The position numbers were made by a program, and so were the translations under genes. Positions 1 to 10,009 of a stretch of DNA of 64,000 bases are shown here, piece after piece (the first letter of the stretch is position 1; each line of letters begins with the position of its first letter). The DNA is from Schmidtea polychroa (lineage: Eukaryota). The stretch spans positions 127,410,001 through 127,474,000 of the forward strand of contig CM097885.1 in NCBI GenBank assembly GCA_044892525.1, read 5' to 3'. The notes beneath the pieces are model-generated. The model ran no database searches, was not told the origin of the DNA, and saw only the letters and a list, made by a program, of their open reading frames with translations.

Positions 1-345
1 TGGATAAGTGTCTTTCCTTGTAACTTGATTTAGCTTCCGATAATCTACGCAAAATCGTAAGTCTCCATCTTTTTTCTTAACTATCACTATTGATGAGGAG
101 AATGGTGACGCGCTATCTCGAATTATTCCAAATTCCTTCATTGCTGTAATCTGTCTATCGCTTTCATCTTGATGAACGTAGGGGATTCTGTATGGCTTTA
201 TTTTTATTGGAGTTTCGTCTAATAACGGTATTTCATGCTCAATTACATTGGTTAAACCCAAATCATATTCGTGTTTGGCAAAGATATCTCGGTATTTCCT
301 CAACAGTTTTGTGAATTCCTTTTTCTGCATCTCATTTAAATCATT
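1..345 (-). CDS. Reverse transcriptase N-terminal part, truncated by the window edge
   Basis: [14 protein letters not shown]...HEIPL...PYRIP...[36 protein letters not shown], typical Gypsy RT. Confidence 0.95.
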
Positions 346-3300
346 GCTTACCACTTCAGGCTCCTTATACACCTTGACGTTTCTTGGTATTTTACAATTT
401 GTTTCAATAGACATTTTTGATAATTTTCCCAATTTTGTTTTTGGGTGTAGCTGAACCGGTTTTTTGCTGCTATTCGTTATATGGACTGGTACTATCTGAT
501 TTTCCACTTTGACAACTTCGTCACATATCGGTAAATCATATTTTTCGACTAGCGTTTGATTTGGTTCGAATATAAAATCACCATTATCCACACTCATGGT
601 ATTTGCACAATATACCATCTCCGATTGTGGTGGTATTATCAATGTCTGATTCACAAACACTTCACCTGCCCTGTGAATTATTTCTCCTGTTTCTCCTGCT
701 ATCAAATTACCTGTCTTTAAATCAAGTGAGACTCCGTCCAGCTGCTCTAATATATCCATGCCGATCAGACATCGTACTGGACTTCCCTTCATTATGAGCG
801 CATCGTGCGCTATTATTCGATCTCCAATATGGAATATGACGTTAAGTTGTCCAATTATGTTTAATTCATTTTTTGATAATGACCTCACTATTTCGTCGGT
901 AGGCTTCATTCGCATTTTTTCCTTCGCGTTTAATACATTTTCCGATACTATTGTGTGACTAGATCCCGAATCGACTAAAGCTTCCACTTTATGTTTGTTC
1001 ATTTGTATAAATATTCGGGGTTGCTTTCCTCTTTTTGTTAATGTCATCATTGAGTAGTTGCATGGTAAGCCTAACATATTTTTTCTCTCGATCTCTGCGC
1101 TAGAAGGCTCGATTCTCTCTCCTACCATTCCTTCACATTGTAATGCGATATTTTCCACTGGTTTCATCTCTCGTAATCGATCAACTGGATACACTGGTGC
1201 TGGTTGCATAAATGATTTTGGTATACACAGTTTTGTAAACGTGTCTACGCTACTCGCATTCAACAGTGGCTCTTTTAAGATTTGATAGGTTCTTAACGCT
1301 TCTTTATTCATTCCACTTAGTTCTTGATTGTCAACATATAACGGTGCACTATCACCCTCGTTGTCATTGTCATTGTTCTCGTCCCTTGAAGGGGTTGTAC
1401 TCGCGTAGCTCACCTTTTTCTTCTTTAATATTCGAGCCTTGAGTATCTCCAACTCCTGATATTGATGATGAGTAATGAAGAATCTAGCCAATAATGGTAT
1501 GCAACCAATTACTAGTTTCCACGACCAACCTGTGATCGCATATAATCTGTGTGTTGATAGGACCTGCGATATTATTACTTTGATTACAACACATATTACA
1601 TAAATTCCAATCAATCCGGCACATGCTTGTCCAATGAACATAAACTTTCCCCAGATCTTTTTCATTGTATTATACGTCGCTTTCTTGTAATGATCTGGAG
1701 TTAACAAATACTCATAATTTACCTTCCCACTTCCGCTTGGGAGAATTGTATCTACCATTTCCATTATTACTCTTTCTTTCTTTGATGGAAATAACAAGTT
1801 TCTGCGAGCTTCCTCAATGTCTTCGTTCGAGTAAATTCCACTTTGCGACAATTTTTCTAACGACGTAAAATTTACCAGATATTGTAATTCTGTCAATTCT
1901 AAGTTTTCCGGTGTCTTTACTTCTCGATGATCTGGTAATGCAATCCAAGATTCTGGTGTTAGTCTGTATAATGGTGCTAACAATCTATTGCACTGTAATA
2001 CTTTCGGTTTCGCGTCCTCTTCCAGTAAGATTCGTGTTACAGGCTCCATAAATCGCAACTTTCCATTTAAATTCACTGGTAACTCGTTGGTGCATTGGTC
2101 ATACTTTGTCAGTTTAACTGGTACCGCTTTACATTTATAGCTATATAGTGCTTCACCGAAAATTCTGGCGAACACTCCATTTTCTGCAATTAACATTGGT
2201 GCTACCAAATTAGGATTGGTTATAGCCATTGCCATCCGATTTCGGAGTATTTCTTTGTTGAGATTGCAATCATTTATAATAACTTCTCGGTACACATTTT
2301 CAACAGTATTTTGACCAAAGTGAAATAAATAATCTATTTTGTTATTAAAGTAATTTGTCAACTTAATATCTCCGGCATGTATGTTTGTTTGGGCCTCTGT
2401 AATCATCTTCTGAGATACATATATACCTTTATAATTTGTCTCATAGACACTTTGTCCACACTTTGTTTTAGTTTCTTTTCTCAGGAATCGCATCCCATCT
2501 TCCTCCGAGGTTGACATTAACACTGTTGGAGTATCTTTCATCCGTAGAGGTGTGATTCTTGTTGTTGTACTCGTTGCTGGATCCATTCTTATTTTCTCAG
2601 GCTTTTCCCTGATCTGTTCTCCCGTTATTTCTTTAAAACTCATTGACTTCAATTGCACTAAATTGCACTTTTTGGTATCGACATCGTACACCAAGATTGA
2701 TTCTCCTGTCTGACAGCTAGATTGTTTCATGTTGCAGAATGGATGTGTTTGTAGTTTACCAGTATCATCATCAAATGATCCATCAAATTCTCTTAATTCT
2801 GACATGTACTCTTCCACAACCACGGCTTTGTCAATTATAGCATCGTCTACTTTGTATGGCTCGCCTTGGCAATCACCATTCGACTTTATTATCCCTCGCA
2901 CGGTTACAGTCTCACGGATTTTGTGGTTAAGCTTTGCTTGTAGTTTGAGATCTGCATTGATTTTCAACTGTCCTGTTTGAAAGGCTGCCAAACAATTCTC
3001 TGGAATTATTTCTATCGGTCTAGGTATCGATTGCATTTTCACCATCGATGAGTGACTCCATTTTCCACAATAAAATACAAAAGTAGTTCGTTTCACTGTA
3101 CACTCTCTCACCTTTGCTCGTCGAAATCCCGATTCTTGATATACATAATATTTTACTGGATTTGTCACTTTAAATTTTACTGGATATGCATCCGAACACT
3201 CTGCTACGTTTACCAACGAATATACTCTTCCCATTTCGGTTTGGGAGCAGTCGTATGCCACCAATGAATTCGTCGTGTTTATTATTCCCAATAACATAAT

Positions 3301-6300
3301 AACAGAAATCATCAACCATGGAAATGCGAGTTTTCCCTTTTTCCTCACTGTCTCGGTTTTTGGGCTCTCAGCCTTTTGTATCAAATTTTCCCATCCGCCA
3401 TTGTTTGCGATCCACCTAGCCAAATATTTATTCGTCATTTCCGTAGCTTTCTTTATCAATGATTTTGAACTGTCATTTTCCAGACAACCATAAATACCAA
3501 TCTCCACTATTATATAGGCTAACGCTGTCAATATTACATCTCGATCTAACTCAGTTCGTGTTAGGTCCTCAATCACTGCTTCCTCACAAAATTCCTTTTC
3601 TTCATAATTTCTTTTAATTATCGACGGTAATCTCCTCTTTAATTCCGTTGCCAATCTTTTTACAACTCTTTCCTCCCCCTCCGAAGTATCATCTTCTGTT
3701 TCAGTTTCATCTAACAAGTACAATTCCGTAACTAAACTTTTTAATATTCGTTCAGTCTCGTTTGATTCATCTAAACGCTCAGTTTCGCTCGATTTATCTA
3801 AACTCAAAGATTCAATTTCCGCATCATTCTGTTTTTTCCGACATATCGCAATGTCATTTTTCGTTTCAACGAAGTTCTCTTCGCTCTTCATCTCATCTAT
3901 GCTCGGTAGTACCCTATTATCGGTGCTCATTTCCTCGATATCCCTTGCAACTTCATTTTCCGATCCCATTTCCTCATTTTCCATTGTTTCTAATCTCTGC
4001 AATTCATTAATTTCTTGATCAATTTCTCCTGGGTCATCTACAACTTCAGTTTTAATCTCCACATTATTATTATCCATTTCCTCATATAGAGGCCAAAACG
4101 GTACTATTACCGCATCTCTTTCCATTTCATCACTTTGTTTTGTTGCGTACACATTATTAATACAATTTGGGTTACATCCGTAGTTTAATAAATATTCGTC
4201 ATCATCCAATTCTCGTCCTTTGAACGTCAACACGATAATTCCTTCATTACCTAATATCTCCGCTGCTTTTTGTCGTATTTTCTTTGCTTTTACACTCCAA
4301 TGTTCCTGATAATATTCAATCCTTTGATCCGCAATATTTAACGCTATTATCAAAGACTTCGCACTATCGTCTGCCGCCTCATAATCATGTCCTAGTTTTC
4401 GGATTACCTCTTTTAGTTTTGCCTGATAACTCGTCGGTTTATTCGTATACGGTACGATGCATTCAAACAACCCTTCTTTCATGTCTCGATCCATTTCGAT
4501 GCTCATTATGAAGTCGATACTCGCATTAATTTTATCTCTATTCCCTGCATACAGGGTATCTTGTAAATCTGCTAGAATCTTTTCCCAATTTTGTCTGTCT
4601 GAATTCAAAGTATTAACAGCATTAATAACATTTACTTTATTTTTCCAGCCTGGTATCAGACCGCAATCTACTAAGTACTCTTCGTCTTCCAGACATCGAT
4701 TTTCGAATTTTAATTGCACTTGCCATCCACTGTATTGACGCAGTATTCGCTCCTTTAACTCTCTGATTTGTCCGTAGGCGTTTAAACGGAATTGGCACTT
4801 CACATTATCAAGTCCCGTCGTTTCCACTATGATATCAGCTAAATCCCTTGTTGACCGTAAAGCCTTGCCAAACCTTTGCATTTGTTTAAGTATCTCATCG
4901 TCTCTGTTTCCTTTGAATAACTTTGCACATAAATTTATGGCTCTCTTTAGTTCGCTTTGGGTTAGTGACATCACACTGAGTTCTGCGATCCATCGTTTCA
5001 ACTGGGAGTTGTCAGTTTCCATTTTCTCAAGCCATTTTTCAACTCGGGCTAACAGTGCAGTTGGATTCTCATCTGAAGCGATATTTCGCACTTTCGTGGC
5101 AGGTTTTCCCTCACCTTCTGACACGGTTCCAATTATCATATGAGATTCAGTTTCCTCATCTGATTCAAATTTCGCCACTAGTTTGTTTAGCTTCTGTCGC
5201 ATTTCTCGAAATTCCTTTTCCATTTTGTCTTGAAATTCCTCTCTCTGAGCATATGTCATGTTACTGGTGTTTGGCATATCTTCTTGGAATCTGATTGATT
5301 TCTTTAAGATAGGTCTGCTGAATCTTTCTGAGTTCCTTGGGCATGATCGCGCCATGTGGCCGTATCCCTTGCACGAATGACATTGGATCTGTCCATTTGT
5401 ATTCACTTTGTCCCTTTGTGGTGAAGGTGACGTTGACGATGACCTTGATCTGGTAAAACAGTTTCTGCTAATATGCCCTTTCTTTCCGCATCGATAGCAT
5501 TCGACATCACTGCTGATCCGCCTGTTTTCTGTGAATCTCTTGTTAGGGCTGGGATTTTTCCCATATTTGAACCAACATTGATTTGAGTAGTGTCCAGACT
5601 TTTTGCAATGTTCGCATTGAGGATTATTTACCTGTCCATTTGATTGTACGTTCATGGCTGATCTACTGGCTTGAAATCTATTATTTGGTCTCAAAATTGG
5701 ACTACTGATCTGATTTATTTTCTTTTCATCCCATGGTGCTCTCACAGGCGTAATTGATCGCTCACGTCTCTCCACATTAACTCCAAAAGCATCTGATCTT
5801 TTTGCACTTTTTAAATTCAGCTCTATCTTCATGGCTTTCTTCACGAGCTCATCAAAATTGGAAAAATCCACATAACATAGGGCTTTTTTGATTTCGGAGT
5901 GGACTCCGGTTATAAACTGATCTTCTAATAGCTCTTTAACCTGCTTGGCCATATCTGCTTGGTCTGGTTTAACTTCAAAGGCTTTATCTGCTAAAGTGGT
6001 CAGATGATAAGCAAACTCACTGACCGATTCATCTGGACCTTGAACTCGATTATAAAATTTCTGTCGCATGATTCTTTTGATATCTCCACCAACCAGTTTC
6101 AGTGCCATTGCATCCTTCAATTATGTCCAATCATTGCCAACATTTCGTTTGTCGACTTGCTGCCAGGCTTCTCTTGCCGCACCTTTCAGATAGAGTGGGA
6201 ATCTCTGAACCATAATGGCTTGTGTCCATCCGTATGCTGAGGCGTACATATAATAATCTCCCATGAAATCTGCAAATTCAACAGGGTCTCCTCCATATTG

Positions 6301-6378
6301 ATTGACGGGTAATTTCTGGCAACTTGCGAAATCAATCATCTCTCTATTGAGAGGCATCACAGCATTATCATTTGCCAT
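1..6378 (-). CDS. Single Gag-cargo-Env-Pol polyprotein frame, 2126 codons in window, open at the window edge, one in-frame TAA at 6121-6123
   Basis: Every triplet in the frame 6120 to 1 was checked and no stop was found (2040 codons). ATG at 6378 (MANDNAVMP); next ATG after the stop at 6108. Missing from the ORF track because it has no stop inside the window. Confidence 0.95.
720..1035 (-). CDS. Retropepsin-type aspartic protease domain
   Basis: [15 protein letters not shown] (catalytic Asp codon 970-972) and downstream [11 protein letters not shown]. Confidence 0.92.
1470..3264 (-). CDS. env: Chuvirus-like (Jingchuvirales-type) envelope fusion glycoprotein, about 600 aa
   Basis: Starts LVAYDCS after a signal-like segment. 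Contains [85 protein letters not shown] and the membrane region [30 protein letters not shown]...YAITGWSW. Motif order matches chuvirus-like glycoproteins as I remember them. Confidence 0.88.
3265..3756 (-). CDS. Bcl-2-family-like domain plus C-terminal hydrophobic anchor/signal segment
   Basis: BH2-like [14 protein letters not shown] (WIANNGGW at 3391-3414; Bcl-2 has LHTWIQDNGGWDAF). Upstream [30 protein letters not shown] sits at BH1/alpha5 spacing but lacks NWGR. A BH4-like helix [15 protein letters not shown] and an acidic loop precede it; hydrophobic [17 protein letters not shown] follows. Confidence 0.7.
4141..4353 (-). CDS. Ubiquitin-like domain 2 within the polyprotein (71 aa)
   Basis: LIIALNI...[14 protein letters not shown]...[20 protein letters not shown] matches the ubiquitin [19 protein letters not shown] signature and resembles domain 1. 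No Gly-Gly. Confidence 0.6.
4621..4836 (-). CDS. Ubiquitin-like domain 1 within the polyprotein (72 aa)
   Basis: DIIVETTG...[10 protein letters not shown]...[22 protein letters not shown] aligns by eye with ubiquitin QIFVKTLTG...TIENVKAKI...[22 protein letters not shown]. No C-terminal Gly-Gly. Confidence 0.65.
5341..6378 (-). CDS. gag: Gag region: capsid-like domain plus three CCHC zinc knuckles
   Basis: Capsid-like [11 protein letters not shown]...[13 protein letters not shown] and [16 protein letters not shown]...QFITG. Knuckles [14 protein letters not shown] (5575-5616), [14 protein letters not shown] (5458-5499), [14 protein letters not shown] (5341-5382). Confidence 0.92.
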
Positions 6379-6611
6379 TTGGACTTGTTTCTGACTTCTG
6401 AGGTTGTATCGGTTCACTTTGAGCTAAACTTCAAACGTTAAACAATAATTTAAAATTACTTTTCAACTTCTTTTAAATCTCCCAATAATAGCCTTTTATA
6501 ATCTCGTTAACACTATTTTCAAACTTCTAAGCCGACTTTCACTCACGTCAGTACTAATTCTTTTTATAATTCCTTTTTCACTAGCTTTCAATAATTTCCC
6601 TCCGACTTTCA

Positions 6612-6629
6612 ATCACGTCGGGCTCACCA
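6612..6629 (-). promoter_or_regulatory. Primer-binding site complementary to the 3' end of tRNA-Trp
   Basis: Minus strand TGGTGAGCCCGACGTGAT. The plus strand reads ATCACGTCGGGCTCACCA versus the metazoan tRNA-Trp 3' end ATCACGTCGGGGTCACCA (one mismatch, reference from memory). Confidence 0.85.
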
Positions 6630-6636
6630 GAATATA

Positions 6637-7696
6637 TGTTGGGTTTTGGGTTATTTCTAGTCGGTTCTCTCTGACTCCTGGTGTTCTTTAAATTAAAACA
6701 ATGAACGACCCAACGTATATTGAAACAACAAGTTCACAATTTATTATCACGCTACAATTACCAATCAAAGTTTTATACGATTCTCCGCTCGGCGTTGATG
6801 CTTTGCCAACAAACAATATTCACCTTTTGTTCCTTTAGTTCTCCCGACTCTCTTTTTCCTCGGTTTCTCTTTGGTTTGATCCCTTTCTGCCTTTCCGTAT
6901 TCTTAATTCTATTTCTTCTTTTCCCTACTTCCCTAAATTCGTTTTTTACCTCTCGACTATTCTCGATTCTTCTTACCCTACCTGAGGCAAAATGCCGATT
7001 TTCTCTGATTTTCCCTTTGCTTATATACTCCTCGAAATCAGGATGACAAATGGTTATTGCCGAGCCAATCTTTCGTTTGACATTTGCTCCTACGTATTTG
7101 CTTCGGCTGTCACCCATAATGGTCCAACGAATCCAGATAATTAATGGCCCTATCGATCTTCCTACGCGCGCTATCTTCTCCTTACTCTTTTCCCATTAAT
7201 CATTGTGTCAAGCTAATGGGCCCAAATCTTCCTTTTGTTTGCCTTTCTTCTTGTTTACCCAGCTCGGGTTTCCTCTATCTCTCGGGTTCTCCATTGGCTC
7301 GGGTTTCCCATTAGCTCGGGTTTTCCATTAGCCAATTAATTAATTAATTAACGTTTTCTGTTTTCATACATTTGAATGTTTTTCGACCCTTCCTAACCAT
7401 TTTCTGATAAATCTCTAATCATCATCTTGTTGACCATTAGCTAATCTATACCTGTCCCGTTTTTCCCATTCGATTTCGATGATTTTTCCATTTATTGATT
7501 TTTCTCGGATTTCCGGATTCTCGCCTTTCGTAATTGCTTTTTGCATTTTCTAATACTGTTTCCATCACACTTTCCTTTACTATTGATTCTGTACACGATC
7601 CCGCTTTTATTTGCCTTTTTTCCTCGCTTACTTTCCATTTGAATTATTATCCTAAATTTTATTTAAATTTTTAATTTTAATTTACAGACCTCAACA
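6637..7696 (-). repeat. 5' LTR, about 1060 bp
   Basis: Termini TGTTG...CAACA directly upstream of the PBS. TATAAAA at 6777-6771, AATAAA at 6745-6740, four ACCCGAG-core repeats at about 7260-7335. The second LTR is outside the window, so the boundaries are inferred. Confidence 0.75.
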
Positions 7697-9213
7697 GATC
7701 ATCAAATTCTGAGGATAAATATATTTAAAATTTTAAAATCTGACAATGAGATGTGCTTCGAAATTTGATTTGAAACTAGAAACTAAAATTTGATTTAAAT
7801 AAAAAACTAAAAATTGAACCATCAAACTTCACCAAGACATTTCAATATAATTTTATCAAATATGTAGCAAGTCATTTTCCTCATCAAACGAAAACATCCC
7901 GATGAACATCGAAGTATTACTTGAAAGGATGAATAGCAATGGTAGAAATATGATTAAAGCGACGAAACTCTTAAGAAATGAATTTGAAGTTTCTGATTTT
8001 GAAGAAGTGGAAGACAAGGAAGATGAATTATTATGTACAAACTCTTTTCTAGTTTATATTCTAATATCATTCACTTTAGGTGCATGGTTCTTACTCTCCA
8101 ATTGGCAGTTTATGACACAATATCTGCAGTTAATCATAATATTACTTAATGTAGAGATTTTTCTAAGAAAGTAAGGTCGACTAATAAATCTTCTTTGGCC
8201 AAAAGATTAGGCTTAAGGAAGGCTATCCTTGATTGTCCAACTCCGTGGAATTCCACTTCGATATGCCCCACCGCTTAATAGATTACAAAACTTCCTCAGA
8301 TGTCACAGATGCTGAACTAATTATGGGTGACCAAATGTGTGAATTTATTTCAGATTTCGTTGAGATTTTTGAGCCCGTAAAAAATATAACATTAAAGTTG
8401 CAAAATGAACAAATGAATTTAGAGATTTTCATGGGCAATGGTTGAAATTTAAGTTTGATTTGGAAAAACAAAAACATAAATATTTAGGTTCCGATCTGTA
8501 CGCAAATGTTCGTAGACGTGAAAAATTGTTTATTGATAATGAACTTTTAAATGATGCCGTGTATTTAGATCCTAGATTTAGACTGCTATTATAATGATGA
8601 AAACATTGCCAACGCTAAGAACAAAATTTTAATAACCGTAAAAAGATTAAATTAAGTATTAGAGAAAGCACAACTGAAAATGTTAACATAACAAATTTAA
8701 TGTCTAATTCCGAAGATGAAGAATCAGACGTGCTGGAAGACCTGCTAAAGAGCAAGAAAAAACATCATCATTAATAAATATTAGCAACAAATCCACTGTT
8801 GATATTGCAATTAAAAATGAAGCGTATCCTAGAATTTCTAAAGAAAATAAAATTTTAGAATTCTGGGAACAAAAAATATTCATAAACCTATTTTGTTTGA
8901 AGCTGTTCAGGTTATATTAGCTCTTCCGGAAACTCAAGTCAGTGTTGAGAGGGCATTTTCAGCACTGAAATTTGTTTTAGTTCCACAAAGAGAACATCTT
9001 TAAAAAAATTTTCTTTGTATGTTTGAATGAAATTTTTTATCAAATAAATAAAAAAAACATTTTATAACAATATTTTTATTTATTTTTAAAAAAAATTTTT
9101 TTTCTGAGAAAAAAATTGAACCCAAACCTGCACCTGCACCCAAGCCGAACCTACTAAATTTAAATGCATTGAACCTGAACCCGAACCAAAAATTTATAGG
9201 GTTTGAAACGCTG
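7697..9213 (+). pseudogene. Decayed hAT transposase, 3' part, with terminal inverted repeat
   Basis: Fragments AILDCPTPWNST (RWNST motif), AVYLDPRF and ILALPETQVSVERAFSALKFVL (hAT dimerisation motif), with stops and frameshifts. End GGTTTGAAACGCTG at 9213. Confidence 0.8.
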
Positions 9214-9460
9214 ATTTCCACATAAAATATTATCGTTTTTCAAAATTTGAAAATTGAGATCGGTAGATAATTAAATTTTCAACCTTTTTGGTTATCAATA
9301 TTTTTTTCAAATCATTTCCTTCATGGTCAAAATGTCCACAAAACACACAAAGCAACCAAAATTTTTTACTTTGACCTACATCAAACAAATTTATATCCAT
9401 AGATATACAATAAAAAGACGAAAATAATATACAGCAAAATAAATTACGATATTCTGCTAC

Positions 9461-9689
9461 CAGTGGCGTACGCAGGATGAATCCATGGGGGGTTTATATA
9501 TATTATTTTTATATATTATTTATATATATATAAGGGGGTTATTTATATATATAAATATATCGGCATTCGGAATATTTCTTAAATTGTTTTAAGTTAATAT
9601 ATTTAATTATATTTTTTTATATTGTTGTTGGATTCAGGGGGGGGGGGTTAAACCCCTGTAACCCCCCCCCCCCCTTGCGTACGCCACTG
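9461..9689. mobile_element. hAT-family MITE, 229 bp
   Basis: TIRs CAGTGGCGTACGCA / TGCGTACGCCACTG; perfect 8-bp TSD TCTGCTAC. Confidence 0.92.
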
Positions 9690-10009
9690 TCTGCTACTGA
9701 ATCAAACTTCCTAATAGGAAAACGAATTTATTCGAATAAAAATGTAAATATTTCAATTCTTTAATCAAAGAGAAATTAACAGTTCATAATTAACCTTTCT
9801 TATTTATTCGTTTAAAATGACATAAAATAAAAATTTTTATAAAATTCTTAGAATTTCCAAATATAAAATGACGCAATAATATATACTAAAAATAGAATGA
9901 CAGATTGAATTATAAAAAGTGAAATGTTTTGTAAAATAGACACAAACAATATAATTGTCATTGCAAATTTTGCTGTTGCTATAAAATTACCAAAAATATT
10001 TAATTAATC

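Larger units (their letters stand above)
1..7696 (-). mobile_element. Ty3/Gypsy-type LTR retrotransposon carrying an env-like gene; 5' LTR, PBS and polyprotein present, 3' part lies beyond the window start
   Basis: LTR TGTTGAGG...CCCAACA (7696-6637), tRNA-Trp PBS, then Gag with CCHC knuckles, protease LVDSGS and RT N-terminal motifs ([36 protein letters not shown]). RT follows the protease directly, which fits Gypsy rather than Copia order. Confidence 0.93.

Noticed and set aside
4141-4836. Pestivirus-style ubiquitin cleavage signals
   Set aside because: Neither UBL ends in LRGG/GG, so deubiquitinase processing is unsupported.
5140-5340. Possible gag/pol ribosomal frameshift after the third knuckle
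   Set aside because: Triplet-by-triplet reading shows Gag continues in the same frame into the downstream domains, so no frameshift is needed.
248-6240. About 18 short plus-strand ORFs in the ORF track
   Set aside because: They are antisense shadows of the long minus-strand polyprotein and show no motifs.
6601-6630. tRNA-Trp gene
   Set aside because: Only the 3' 18-19 nt including CCA match and there is no cloverleaf; it is a PBS.
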